Shown one piece after another: positions 11,321-27,300 of a stretch of 64,000 nucleotides of DNA; position 1 is the stretch's first letter; the number at the start of each line of letters is the position of its first letter. Where the stretch lies: positions 744,001 through 808,000 of the forward strand of contig NW_019028990.1 of the NCBI RefSeq assembly GCF_002105155.1, read 5' to 3'. Origin of the DNA: Lobosporangium transversale. Taxonomy: Eukaryota. A program made the translations under genes and the position numbers. The notes under the pieces are model-generated. The model saw only the letters and a list, made by a program, of their open reading frames with translations, was not told where the DNA came from and made no database searches.

Positions 11321-14300
11321 CTATTTACCAAGGTACTTGCCCAGGACTGACATTGTCAGCACCTTGTACATGTTCTCACCCCTCAAGCTGACAATTCCAT
11401 CCTGCACATCAACGCCCATTAAAGTGCCCAATGCACCACGATGCTCACCAGACAAAACTTTGACACCATCATTCTTGACAGGCGCCACAGGTTTGAGATA
11501 CTGTATTGGGATTTGGACAGTCTTGCCGTCCTCTGCTCCGCCCATCAGATGGACATCACACATTGCCGTAGATGACAATGCGTTCCTTGGCGGAACTCGG
11601 GTGGTTCGGCCCACCATATCATTGTACTTGCCTCCTTCGAATGATGAACCTTCTTGACTACTCGTAATCTTGACCTCGATGTCTGTTGTGGCCCAGTCAT
11701 ACGACGGTGCATTGGACCCATTTGCGCCTCCTGCTCCCGAACCATACCCAGGAACCTGGCCACCATGTGAGTCAATGCCGGAGTAGTCCCCTCCTGTTGG
11801 CATGAAAGGTGTTTGCGGAAAGTGACTAGCAGGTGTCATAGGCGCAGAAGGACCTGCTGGTGTTTGAGGGGTTTGATTTGCACCAGGAGTAGACATCGAC
11901 TGTAGCCTAGAATTGGAGGCAGCTGGTGTTGCGCCAGGCGTCGTAACACTTGCAGCATGTGATCCACCATTGCTGTTGGCATGTGAACCACCATGACCAC
12001 CACTAGATCCTAATGAAGAAGCTGCAGGGGTTTGAGGGAAATTGTTGCTGCTAGGTGTGGGTGCAGAGTCATAGCTGGATGAAGGTCCAGGGGTGTAAGG
12101 ATAATTTGAGAAAGGTGCTGGTGAGGGTGCCCCAAAGGGCCCTGGCGTGGACACGCTGCGGTTCATCCAGTCCCCACTGGCAGCAGGTGTCTGAGGGAAA
12201 CTGCCAGATCCAGATCCAGAGTCTGCCTTGTCGCCCCAAGCATTGTATCCTCCAGATCCGGAGCTTCCGTTATTTTGATTACTAGAGCCAGAATCTGAAT
12301 CACCCCAGGCGGACCCGCGTGCCGGAGTTCTGCTACCAGAGTCCCAAGCATGACTGGAAGAGCGGCTGCCGCTATCCCATGCAGAGGAGCCACCATATCG
12401 AGGCGTCTTGGACCCGACATCCCATGCTGGCGTCTGAGATCCATCAGCATATGGATTAGGCGTCCTGGAGCTAGCACTCCATGCAGGAGTCTTTGAACCA
12501 GCGTTCCAAGCAGGTGTTCGTGAACCCGAGTTCCAGGCAGGTGTTCTTGACCCAGAGTGCATGGGTGTCATATCTCCTCTCATGGGTGTCATACCACCGT
12601 AGCCACCATAGCCACCGTAGCTGCCTGCACGAGGAGTGGATGGTGGGTTCATTTCTGCCATGCTTGATACTGGCGTCGTAGTTCCATTGGCACTAGAGAT
12701 TAAAACAAATTATAATCAATATTGTTAATAATGGTGATGATACTGGATTTGTCCCTACACAATACATGACATCTTTCGGAATATGAACGTACTTTGTAAT
12801 AGCTAATTTGACCTTCTCAACTGTAATGATACGGCAGTTGGTATGGAGTTCGACACGGGCAGTCGTATCAGTCGCATCCTTCACAATACCAAGATAGCCC
12901 TTATGAGGTCCACGAATAATTGTCACGGTTTTGTCGATCAATGGATCACGACCACCTCGTCCGCGACCCATCATCATGCCTCCACCCCGGCCACCACGTC
13001 CGTTGAAACCGCCACGGTTCATGTTCATCATAGCAGGATTCATAGTATCGAGACGCATGCCTGGTTGAGATCGACTCTTGGATGCCATACTGACAATAAG
13101 ACGCGTCGATTGCACAAACACTCCGTTATTCTCCATGTACTCTCTGTTATAGATAAAGGCGAATGTCCTGAATAGATGTAAAATTTTACCCTCACGCATC
13201 TAACGGGATCCAAAGACATCAATATCAGCTTCATTCCCAAGCCTGATAAAAAAAAGAAAAAATTAACATTCCGCAAGAGTAGAACTTACAGCACCGCCGA
13301 TTTCCTTCACAGAATCACCATCTTGAATACTATTTCCCTCGCCATCCGTGGCAATAGCTCGTGAAGAGTCCCGCTTCTGGGTAATGAGATGAGGTTCTAC
13401 TTCTCTCGTAAGACCACTCTGATCTAAGATACGAGCAAACCCGCGTTCGACCTTATAAATGACTCCAACAGTGGATGCGCTATATATAGAAAGAAATGAT
13501 GAGTAAGCTGTTGAGATAATATAGACTTCATACAAGTCGATGTTTAGCATTCTTACTCGAGCTGAACGAAATCATGTGTCTCGTATTGTCCGATGGTCCC
13601 TGTTCCAGTGGAGACATTGGCAGCCATTTGAAGATCCTTTGAAAACACCTGAATATCCTTGACGTTCAGGTCGGTAACTACAGTGACAACGCTGTCCTCG
13701 ATCTTAATAATCAGACCAGTCTCGTCCTTATACTTGCCGTTTACAACCTTCACATGATCTCCCTCTTTGAATAACTTTCGAAGTTGTGTTGGAGGAAATT
13801 TAAGAACGCTGCCTTTGAGATCGTCGGCAAGGGGACGCACCATGATCATATCGCTGCTCACAGAGTCAACCACACCATGGACATGCTTCAGCTCTCCTTC
13901 CGTCACTTCTACTTTTTCTCCCGGTTGGAAATGACTAGTCACCGAGGCACCCATAGCCGATAACGCAACCGCGGATAGGTCCAAACCGCCATCTTCGTCA
14001 TCAATACCGCCTTTGGCGAACTTTTGGATTTCGTCCAGAGTTGGATTGATGTTCTCAGTAATCAGGCTGGAGATTTTCATGTCCTTCTCAAGATATCCCT
14101 CTCGGAAAACATCATTGTTCCAAACATACACACCTCTGCCTCTGGACGTGGGCTTGTTGAGCTTATCCACTTTTTCTGCTTCTCGAGCATTAAACAGTTT
14201 CGGTGGAGGTCTCGCTGCGAGTACGTTGCTGGGTGGTTTGCGCTTATTATTTCCAAGACCATAGGATGAATCTGAACGAGGTGTCATGTCCAGACGAGGA

Positions 14301-15352
14301 ATAAGCTTGACCTTGGCCATATCTCCCGAGTCTGCGATATCTAAAATCTATTAGTAACGGATATTAACATATATATCAGTATCAAAGTTCCATTACCTTT
14401 AATACAAAGTTAGTGCTATCCACAGTAGTTCATGGTTTACCTGTGCAAGATCCGAGGCATACTTTCCACGTTTGATACGAACCCAGGTTCCGGGTCGAAT
14501 CTCAGACTCTTTGTGTTTGACTTTGAGCACATCTGTCATCTCCTTTATTGGTACAAGTGTCAGCCTTCCTGCAAAGACATTGTTGAGTCCTTGAAGAGCC
14601 TATGAAACCAGATGAAAATCAAAATATGAAGAGGGCATTTAATTCAGCTGCCGAACAATCATTTAAAATTTTTTGATGACTTGATCTTTTAAGGTATAGA
14701 TAGCAACTTACAGCTTGGACGTTAGCTTGACGTAAGCACTCAATATAGATATAGCCTTTGAGCGACTCGCGACAAAACACTGCGGAGATTTCGAGTGGTT
14801 GCGCCGAATACTCAGTATCAAAGAACTTTCGCATGAGTGAAAAGACAATGTCCTTTTCTTTGCCAGGTTTGCAGCGAACCATCCAGAGATGTGGTGATTG
14901 GACATCGGGCATGAGCAGTTGCTGAGGAATATCTTCTTGCTGGCCTTGGAATGCTCTGCGGGGCGCATAATCACGTCGGCCGTATCTTTCTTTAAATCGG
15001 GCAGCTTGTTCTTCCAGATCTACATCGTCTTCTTCGCGTCGTCTACGGTCCAAATCTAGATGTCTAGATGCCCTCGTTGCTTCCGCTGCTTCATCCTGTT
15101 CGTCTGCAATGAAACCATCTCCAGCGCCATATTCATCCTCGTCCTCCTCTTCATCCTCATCCTCGTCATCAACTTCGGCTTCCATATCAAGATAAGGATT
15201 GTGTGCACGCTTTTGTTTCTTGCTGCGTTTCTGTTGGACAGACATAATCGGCATCAATACGTAAAAATAAACAAAGGAGAGAAATGTTCAAGCCGGTATG
15301 ATTTATCAGTATAAGGCTTTTGGAGCATGACGACTCAAGGAAAATTTGCCAT

Positions 15353-15387
<35 letters not shown>

Positions 15388-15652
15388 GATCAGATAGAGT
15401 GCTTACAGATACATTATCGTCTTCATATTCTTCATCCTCCTCCTCCTCCTCGTCGTCGTCATCATCATCATCATCGTCATCATCATCATCATCATCATCA
15501 CGTTTCTTGTTACGACGATGCTTTCTACTACTATTGCTGCTTCTCTGTCTGGGTGACTCCTCCTCCATATCAGAGTCATCGTCCTGGTCACGAGATTTGC
15601 CCAGGTTCTCGTACTCCTCGTCCTCGTCGTGGTCACTATCGTGGCGGGACAT
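11321..15652 (-). CDS. SPT5: Transcription elongation factor Spt5 (7 exons)
   Basis: Acidic N-terminus, NGN domain ([12 protein letters not shown]...LKGYIYIE), several KOW motifs, CTR repeats (GSRTPAW/GSKTPAW) and C-terminal KOW region. Confidence 0.97.
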
Positions 15653-17138
15653 GGCTTATATTTGTTGTATTATAAAGTGGTGTAGTATATGGTAAAGGCC
15701 CTGGTGTTCGTCTGCCTATTTTGTCGTCCCAGTCGTCTTTGCTCTGACTGTTTACTGATTTATGGGTTGGTTGCCTTGAGAGAGGATACCAAGTTTACTA
15801 ATTCCTGTAATCGAATACTTTGTACCTTCGGGAAACACTCGAGCTAATTCGCGTAGATCAGCAGATTTGACTAAGCTGCAGTTGTGACAGTATAAATGCG
15901 ATTATGTGTGATGAATAAAGGAATTACTAATAACAAATAGTGGGACCAGGGAAAAAAGTGCTAGTGGTGAGGAAGGAAGATGGGAAGAGAGGAGAAATAT
16001 AGAAAAAAGAGAAAGAAAGAGGAGAAAGGAACGATGAGCTCAAAATCTGAATCTGCAGCTGCTTTTATACTATCGTTTTTTTTTGTTAAAGGCATCTTTT
16101 TTTTTTTTTTTTTTTTTTTTTGCCCAAATGGGAAGTGCACCCTAACATGCACATGCAGAATACGATTCATCCCTTTTCTGCACTTTGAGTCTCAAACATA
16201 AATGCACGTGCCCGCTCTTTTAATGCACCTTAAACGCCAATGTTGCGGCTGATATCAGCTTTTTACTTTCCTTCATGGTCTAGGCGACCTTCTCCTCTGG
16301 TTTTCTCTTCTCCGACTCCTATGCTTTACCCTTGCAGCTCGCGAACGAAGAGAAAGCTGTGGAGGGATGCTGTTCACAAAGGAAGGACCGAACAGATCAT
16401 TAGAACCTTCCTTGGCTGAGACACAGGCTGGAGTCTCAATATAAACCCTAGTGATGAGATGTAAACCCTAGCACAACTGCTGGTTGGTGTTCATGTGCAG
16501 AGAAAATACAGTCATAGCCTACATTAATACAAAGAGTTCTTTCAGGCAAACGACTTTATGTAAACTTACACGCATGAAGTAGACCACACCTACTTGGCTT
16601 CTACATTCAATTCCTACAGCAGAAAAAGTAGACTCTCGTCATGCAAAATTGGTCAGGGACGTTTCAATACTCTGAATTTTTTCAAGACAGCGGCAATGAG
16701 CGGTTGTATTACATCTGCGATACCCTGTTGAGACCATTCATTCTTGAATTGTAGCAGCGACAATAATAACAATCATAGCAACAAATTCGCCAGCTGATAA
16801 TAACAAGATGTGTTCCAATGATCAGTGGGCATTGGATATGAACATCCATGCAACGCACGTGGTTGTTTCTTCAGGCACATTTTTGGTTTTAACATTGATT
16901 GCCCTGACCTATTTTTAACTGACAAAACTCCCTCTTTCTCCCCTTTTTATTCCATTTATTTTTATTTTTTAATTTTTCTCATCGCTTTTTTTATTTGTTT
17001 GATGACCATTCTCATTCACTTTTACTTTCACTTTCTTTGTCATTGATCTCCTTCCATCTAACAACCACTACGACTATCGCCACTCTACTACCATTACTAT
17101 CATCACCATCATTAACTATTAACTACATACATCCAACC

Positions 17139-17888
17139 ATGTCTTCTTCCGCACGGATTTCGAGATCTCCTTCTCGTTTCACTTACTTCTTCCTCTTCGC
17201 TATCCTCGCTCTCTTTTTAATTACAATTGCAAGTCCTGTCCTTGCTCAGGAAGAAGAACTTCCAGTCGACCCTTCACTCCCAGAAGAACCTGCTCCAGAA
17301 GAACCTGCTCCAGAAGAACCTGCTCCTGAAGAACCTGCTCCTGAAGAACCTGCTCCTGAAGAGCCTGTCCCTACTGGTGAAAATCCACCTGTGGAAGTCC
17401 CTACAGGTGTGCCTACAGCCATCAATCCAGTGCCCTCAGCTACAGTACCTGCACCCACATCCAGCCCCACACCATTCATACCCGATCCCATCTTCTCAAC
17501 CTCAGATTCGTGTGAGGCCTGTAGACCTCAGTTCTTTGCTATCCGAAACTGCACCACACGCATTCCCACTGGGGTGAACCTGACGATGATTCAACAGGTT
17601 CTTCCATTTTATCAGTGCATCTGCCCCAATGGTGGTTCCCAGGTTGATGCGTTGCAGCAGTGCAGCATCTGTTTGCGCTCGACAGCTCAGCAATCAGCAT
17701 TGAATCTGATTTTTTACAACGTCACCAACCAGGATGTTAAGGCCATGAAGCAAGTCTGCACTGAGACCGCAGACGGTACCAAGGTACCCAGTGGGGCTGC
17801 TGGATTCTTATCCTTTATGCCCTCTGCTACTTTTACATTTGCTTCTGTTGCTGTGCTCCTTCTGTTGATGCCTTTTGGTGGACTGTAA
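17139..17888 (+). CDS. Secreted, probably GPI-anchored surface protein: signal peptide, PEEPA repeats, Pro/Thr linker, 8-Cys domain, hydrophobic C-terminal tail
   Basis: Single-exon ORF from ATG 17139. Hydrophobic FFLFAILALFLITIASPVLA signal; small-residue SGAAG followed by a terminal hydrophobic stretch. Confidence 0.8.
   Translation: MSSSARISRSPSRFTYFFLFAILALFLITIASPVLAQEEELPVDPSLPEEPAPEEPAPEEPAPEEPAPEEPAPEEPVPTGENPPVEVPTGVPTAINPVPSATVPAPTSSPTPFIPDPIFSTSDSCEACRPQFFAIRNCTTRIPTGVNLTMIQQVLPFYQCICPNGGSQVDALQQCSICLRSTAQQSALNLIFYNVTNQDVKAMKQVCTETADGTKVPSGAAGFLSFMPSATFTFASVAVLLLLMPFGGL
17280..17369 (+). repeat. Coding 15-bp tandem repeat x6 (CC[A/T]GAAGAACCTGCT; PEEPA)
   Basis: Directly visible. 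The first three units start CCA, the last three CCT, and the last unit is degenerate. Confidence 0.95.
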
Positions 17889-18389
17889 TACTACGACAAC
17901 AATTAGCATACAAATACATAGCTTTGTCATTTTCTTTTATCATAAACCACATTCGACAATAACATCCTTGATAATAATAAACTATCGTGTAAACCCATTC
18001 ATGCAGTAACAATAATAAACTTGCATTGGTATGTCAGAGCAAAGATGGTTGGTTGTCTGTGCAAGATTTAATGTGTGATGTATATGTGTTCAAAAGAAGC
18101 TGGAACTTTTGCGATAAAGCGACCAAAGGATAGTCTAATGACATAACAAATCAAAAATTGGCGGCGCTTCTTCATTAAAGAGGAACAAATCTTTTTCTTC
18201 TCATCTTGATGCTTTTTATTTGTTTTTTTTTTTTTTTTTTTTTTTGTAATAACAACAATCATTCATAGATTTCTATTTCTCTTTTTTTCATTCTCATCCC
18301 AACAACAGTTACTCCTTGCATTACCCATCTCAAACCTCCCCTCTCAATAGAAAAAAAAAAAAAAAAAAAAAAAAAACCTGTAGAAAAAA

Positions 18390-18991
18390 ATGTTCGGGGG
18401 ACAGCATATCATTACGAGGCAATTGAACAAGGGTGTTTTTGGTGGCGCGAGTGGTGCTGTTCGAGGTACTCAATTTTTCTTCTCGAAGAGACACACATCT
18501 CCACCCATACGCGCCAATTTTGGCGATCATAAAACCCGTTTGTATTCTTCTGTTACACCTACACCTCCTACGAATAAGACCAATTCTACTGTTGCTACTG
18601 CTGCTTCTGATACAGTCAAAAAACTAAGCAAGTTTAAACAGTATGCAGAGCAGTTCAAGAACAAGCCTGCAAGTCATTTGATTGCCTTTGGACTCTTGCA
18701 CGAAGTGACAGCAGTGGTCCCACTTCCGATTGTTTATTTTGCATTAGCACAATCTGGTATGACCATCCCGTTCCCAGAACAGGCCATGGAGGAAGGAAAC
18801 AAATTTGTCACACGTGTGGCCAAGTACTATGGCTGGAATTTGGAAGGAGATACAGGTGCCCGCACAATGCTAAACATGGCAACAAGTTACGCGCTTGTGA
18901 AGGTAATAAATAATAAGAATGTTAAAAATATTTTTGATCAAGCAAAAGGAGATGCGAGTTGTTATTTAACTCTTTGGTTAACTCTGTTTTA

Positions 18992-19022
<31 letters not shown>

Positions 19023-19130
19023 TAGGCAGTGATGCCTTTACGATTGGCATTGTGTGCATGGATGACGCCGTGGACAGCAACCAGGGTTATATCACCCGTC
19101 ATGAGTATCTGGCGTCGATTTAGGAAATAA
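18390..19130 (+). CDS. MRX11: Mitochondrial FLILHELTA-family protein (Mrx11-like); exons 18390-18902, 19026-19130
   Basis: SHLIAFGLLHEVTAVVPL matches the FLILHELTA motif, followed by ATSYALVK|AVMPLRLALCAWMTP. Basic, acid-free N-terminal presequence. Confidence 0.8.
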
Positions 19131-19671
19131 TGAATATTAATAAATTCACCTCGTTGGTCATTCATTGATAATGTATCATCTCTTTGGGCCATTCATGAGG
19201 ATTGCCCTTGAGAAAAATTGATAGGAACAATTGGATTAGCGGAGGTTTTGTGAAATGCGAATGTTGTTATAGACACGTTCATATTCATTTCCACGGTCTC
19301 CATTGCTCTTCCTTTTGTCCAGTAGCTTTGCTTGAGTCGTCTGAGGAAATAAGAGTCGAGGGCTGAAACAAAAAAGAATTAACTTTAGGCAATGAGGCTG
19401 TAGTGTTTATGGGCTGGATTCGTACATTTTTTTTTCTTTTTTGAGTGGTCAAACCAGGGGCCCTGCTCCCACTCGTGCGTGGGGTATGGAGATGGAGGAA
19501 AGGGCGTTGTCTACTGCCGTGAATATATTCTGCAATATCCTGTTTGCTGTTGTCCAATCTTCTCCCCCGACACTCCTTTATTTAGGGAATTTTTTAGTAT
19601 TCACTTTTTTTTTTATCCTTCCATCATCTCTTTGCATCTCTCATCCCTCATCCACCTTCCCTACTACAAAG

Positions 19672-20722
19672 ATGATCACACAGAATGAGACATTCTCAAA
19701 GTTTAGGAATAACTACCTGGCTGTCTATCTGACAGTAATGAGTATGAATGGCTTGCATATCACTTCATTTGTTTAAAACTATCTTGGACCTTGGACTTGG
19801 AAGCATTTAAACACTGAACCACTTTTTTTATTTCTCCTTTGTTATTTGTACGCATAACAGTGAGCGACTGGCTGCAGGGTCCATATCTGTATGCCCTTTA
19901 TCAGAAATATGGCTTTGAGATGTATGACATCGCTGTCCTCTTCATTATTGGTTTTGTCAGCAGCGCTGTCTTTGGAACTGTCATTGCCAACACTGCAGAT
20001 GTGTGGTAAGGCTATATCATTTGGTGGAAGCAGAGTATCATAATAACAATTCCAATACACACCCACACTGATAAACAGGAAGAAAGAAAAAAAGGGTCAA
20101 TTGGTTCGAACATTTGTCTGACAAAAATATATATATATATATATATACCGATCTTTCTTTGTCCTTTGTATTATTACTCGCAGGGGTCGCAAGCGTATGG
20201 CTTTGTTGTTCTGCCTTTCCTCCTCTACCGCAAGTTTGATCCGTCTCTCACAGAACTATCAATATTTGATCCTCAGTCATCTGCTCAGTGGTCTCAGCAC
20301 TGCACTCCTGTATTGTGTCTTTGAGGCTTGGTACATCTCACAGCACCAGCGCAAGGGTAAGTAGTATTGCTTATAAAAAAGAAAAGAAGATACTTTGTAT
20401 GATTCTCACATCTCTTTTTTTTTTTTTTTTTTTTTTTTAAATTTGACAAAATAGGCTTTGCACCTGCTTTGATTGGTGCCACTTTCAGCACGGCCATCTT
20501 TTTGAATGGCTTGGTGGCTATTTTAGCTGGTATTGTCGCCAACATCGCAGTCGAGTTTTCTGGAACACTTGCAGCGCCTTTTGTTGTTAGTGCTGGCACA
20601 TTGGTGCTAGCAGCATTTTTGATCATGCGTTCATGGGAAGAGAACTATGGAGAGAGCAAGACCAATGTTACTGGATCTGTCCTCAAGAGCATGTTGGAGG
20701 GTCTCATTGTTCTCAAGAGTGG

Positions 20723-20754
<32 letters not shown>

Positions 20755-21454
20755 CAATTTGTTTGTTGAGAAGAATCTAATTATCATGTAATCTAATCGA
20801 TGAATGAATCGGTGGCTGTATATTTTGATCTATATGTGGATAGATACCAACATTTTATCATTGGGTTTGGCTCAAACGGTCTTTGAGTGCTGCATGTATA
20901 CGTTTGTGCTTCTGTACACTCCTGCGCTCGAGAAATCAATCAATAGCTCGTCAGGTTCAGATACTCCTTTCCCACTGGGCTACCTCTTTTCAGCCATGAT
21001 GTTCTGTAGCATGTTGGGCTCATTGGGCTTCAAGTTCCTAACTCTTAAGGGCACCTCCACTGAGAATTTGTTGGCGACAGCATTGTTTGTGTCAGGAGTA
21101 TCATTCTGCTCTATTGTGCTCAACACCAGTGATGCTGCATTGACGATATTATCGTTTTTGCTGTTTGAATTCACAACAGGAATGTACTTCCCATCGATTG
21201 GCACCTTGAGGGCTCAGGCGATCCCGGAACAGAACAGGACAGGAGTGATGGCGTTCTTGCGTGTGCCGATGAACTTTGCAGTGTGTGCAATCTTGTTGCA
21301 TGTGGATGCGATGCCCATGACCCAGATCTTCCAGATCTGTGCACTGTTGTGCTTTGTGGGAGGCTTGACCATCTTGTGGCGTGCATTGGATCCGGAGCGC
21401 CAGAATCGTCAGACTTATGTTGCAGCAAAGGCAGAAGAAAATCACGAGTTGTGA
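19672..21454 (+). CDS. MFSD5: MFS molybdate-anion transporter MFSD5/MOT2 (DUF791) homolog, 5 exons
   Basis: FRNNYLAVY...SDWLQGPYLYALY, ADVWGRKR, STALLYCVFEAW, WEENYG, FECCMYTFVLLYTP, GMYFPSIGTLR, RVPMN. Confidence 0.9.
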
Positions 21455-21673
21455 AAATAAAAATAAAAAAGAAAATAAATATTTATCATGTTAATAAATA
21501 AATATATATATATATATATATAATATAATTATCTAATATTTATATATACACTTGTGTGGATTGCAAAGTTCAAGTTGGTTACACCGTTTAATGCTGTCAT
21601 TTAAAAAAAGGACTAGGGATGTCCAAAAATAGTCGTCAATAAACATCGTATCGTCGACTCTAATACTCTAAAT

Positions 21674-21725
<52 letters not shown>

Positions 21726-21778
21726 CGTTCTATCTTCTTCACTTCTTTATTCTCTTCTTTTCTTGTCCTATTTATTCT

Positions 21779-21811
<33 letters not shown>

Positions 21812-21873
21812 GATTGTTACATTAAACTCATTGCATTTCGCATCGTCTCGTTTCATTCTTACTCGATTCAATC

Positions 21874-23966
<2,093 letters not shown>

Positions 23967-24397
23967 AAAAAAGAAAAGAAAAAAATACTCCAAAAACAAA
24001 TAAACATTTTTCTGCATTTGACATGTAAAAATGGAAGCATGTTTTTTTTTTTTTCTTTTTTCTTTTTTATGCGTATTATAGATGCTATGCTAATATACCA
24101 GTCTTTGATAATATAAATGTGACATTAATTAATAAGTTATAGATTATTTTGTGTGTGTAAAATGTGTATGTGAATGGGTGAATGGACTTTGATAAATAAA
24201 TTAATAAATAAATAAATAGATAAACAAATAAAAACTCTAAGCTTGATCGTTTCCGCTTGTAGGCATTCCTGGGACATGATTGAAGGTTGGAGTTGCGGGT
24301 GTGGAGGGGATCCCAGTCATGGGTCTTGTTCTGTACAGGTTGGGAGGGATGGTTCAAAAAATTATGGGTAATTGTCAGTTTTTTTTTTTTTTTTTGT

Positions 24398-27300
24398 CTA
24401 TATCAGCCCGGACTTTGCGAAATGACGCGCGATCTTGTCTTCCTCCGTTTCCCTTTTAGTTAAAGGAATGAATGAGACAAAAAAAAAGGATAAGGTCGAA
24501 AGTTGCGCGTTAGCATCTTACGAACGCTTTTTTTCTTTTTCTTTTTCTTTTTCTTTTTCCTGTTCTTTTCTTTTTCTTAAGCAAAGATACAGAGTTGAAT
24601 AACTTCTAGAACATTCAAGGAAAGCCAATTTCTCTGCACAATACAACGTTCAACTTATTCTCTCCTTCTCTCTCTCTTTCTCTTTTTCCCTTCCTTCCAG
24701 TGCTGTTGTATGGGATTAGTTTTTTTTTTTTTTTTTTTTTTTTTTTTGGAATGAATTTGCTCACCTAGGTTCCAAGGCCAAGCTCAAATCAAAGAGCTCT
24801 GCAACTGTCTTTGTATTGTCCATGCCTCGTCGGATGAACGTCTGGATTTCCGGAACGGCAGTTAGACAATAAGGAACTGACTGGTACTGTTGAATCTCAC
24901 GGATCACTTCAGCAGTACTGACACGCTTATAGAAATTAATGTGGTTATCGGTCTTCCTCAGGAAATCCGCATTTCCATCCTCGATCATCACCAGATCAGT
25001 CAAGTACACTCCCACAAACGGTACACACGGTGGATTGACCGAATGCAACTCGGCTCGATAGTCTGCCCAATTCTTGGCCGAGCTCGTGACGTTCTGAAGC
25101 ATCGTCAACGTATTGACCGTCTTGGCAGGAACTAACTCCCAAGTTCGTTTCAATCGATGGATTGGAGAATGTAACAATGCTGCTGTGGTATTGGACAGCA
25201 TACTAAAATTGTTCAGCTGGCGTAATCTCTATTAAAAAGTATGAACAAAAAAAAAAAAAAAAAAAAAAAAAGTTTTAGCATCACATCGTATCATTTTGTT
25301 CAGGATCGAAAACATTAAAGCAGCATATATATATGTATGTGTGGCGAGTGGCGTGTGTTGTGTACCTCTGCAAGTGACACCATATGCTTAATGACGGCGG
25401 CACGCTTCTTGGGTTCCTTTTCACTCAACACAATTTCATTGATCCAGTTGGCATAGAGATTACTGATCTCGATCATCTTCTTAATATTCACTGCCTTAGC
25501 TGCCACCTCTGGATCTTCACTTGTCCAAGCCTTGGCCAAACACTCAATAGGCTTAATCTTGGTGTAATAGCCTGCTTCCATAATGGTCAATTGCCTTGCC
25601 AACTCTAACGGATCCAGGTCCATAAACTTGATTCGCTTCAGGTTGCGTGGTGTGATCGGCTGAGGTGCCTGTGTTGTCAAGTTCAAGACCATTTTGCGAA
25701 GCGATCCATCCGAAGTCTCTCTCTTCTCCACCAGCCTTGTCAGCTGTGTCGCCGGGATCTTCATCGTGTCTCGCATCAGATTCGACTCTGAGAACTCTTT
25801 GATCTTTGGCAAAATCGCCCGGTCTTCGGCCTCGTCCTCGATATAATAGTTTTCGAGCCATGACTTTATGATATTAAAGACTCGAAGTCTAATGGGCGTC
25901 AACTTCTTCTCCGTCCAAATCTCTAGTTCTGATTCATCCAATCCCATCGGTGGTGTGATCACAAATCGACGGAACAAGAGCGAGAACAATTGCTCAGTAG
26001 TCGCGAAAGATCGGTATGTGAGCAAAAAAGTCTGCACAAAGTTGAGATCGTGGCCATCATGGAGTGTAAGTCGCTCTACGAGCGCTGGCAACGTTCCACC
26101 TCGAACATGTCCCTCCATATTAAAAGAAATATCCGCTGGAGAATAATCGTGTCCGAGATACCATGGCTGTTCTGGTTGCTTCGGCTTTGGCTGAGGCGCA
26201 TCATCACCCAACATCTTCTTTAGCTTCTCACCACGAGCATCCTGTTTTTGAGACTGTGAACTAGTGCTGACGGGTGCGCTCGGCACCAGCGGTGGTGACA
26301 ATGGACGGTCACTGGGGAGATGAGTAGGGAAAGGATAGCCATTGGGCTGTGAGCGCCCCGTATATTCAGTGCCTGGCGTTGTTGGGGCAGAAATATTGGA
26401 GACAGATGAGGTACTGGAGAAGGATGAGACCTGAGAGTTGGAGCGGTATCTTGAGCTTTTGGCAGTATCGCCATCCATATCTGAATCATGTTCTTGAAAG
26501 TACATATCAATCCCTGTCTGCCGAAGGTGTGCTGCAAATGAGGCTGACTGAGTAATGAGAGTTGCACTCGAATCAACCTTGGTTATTTGAGGGCGTGTTT
26601 GTGGCTGATGTTGCTGTTGCTGCTGCTGCTGCTGCTGTTTCTCATTATGCTCCCTATCTAATGCTAAAGCGCGAGCACATGTTGCGAGTTCTAGTGTAGA
26701 TTTTTCTGTTGTCGCTGTGGCATCCAATGCCATTTCAAGTACGGAGGTTTGAACCATTGGGTCTGTGGCCAGCTGAATGGCCATGACTAGCGCAGCAATG
26801 TGATTGTATAGGATCTGTTTTGCGTTGCGAACGTCGATAAAAACATGGTCCTGAATCTCTGGATGCTCATTCAGTGTTTGGGTATAAAATTCGCCTATAA
26901 GGTTCAGCATCGAGCCAAGTTGAGAGATGGTCTGATGGCACTGATTGACGAGCTGGGCTGACTGAGCAGAGTTCAGAATAGGTGATCCTAAGGAGAGACG
27001 GGATGAAGGGGTGGGTTGTGCAGGGTTCAGCAATGTCTCTATTGCCCTCTTAATTTGTGAACTGAGGACACTCAATGATTTGCATGATGCTTTAGTACAA
27101 AAATCCAAATGATTCAAAAGTCCTGTTGCTGGGCTGTTGTTGAAGGTCCTATCGCTAGCTTCACTCGAGACACGCGAGGCATTAGAGACTGCACGGCTCA
27201 ACCTTCGTGCAGGCTTTGATTGGAATGGACTCCCAGGATCGGAGATTAATTTTGGATCTACCTGATGGACAGTGACGCCCACGCTTCGAGCAATGAAGAT

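Noticed and set aside
16443..16471. Two TAAACCCTAG copies (telo-box/telomere-like) around a GTGATGA C-box-like motif
   Set aside because: Only two 10-mers, no matching D box at a plausible distance and no array; insufficient evidence for a snoRNA or telomeric relic.
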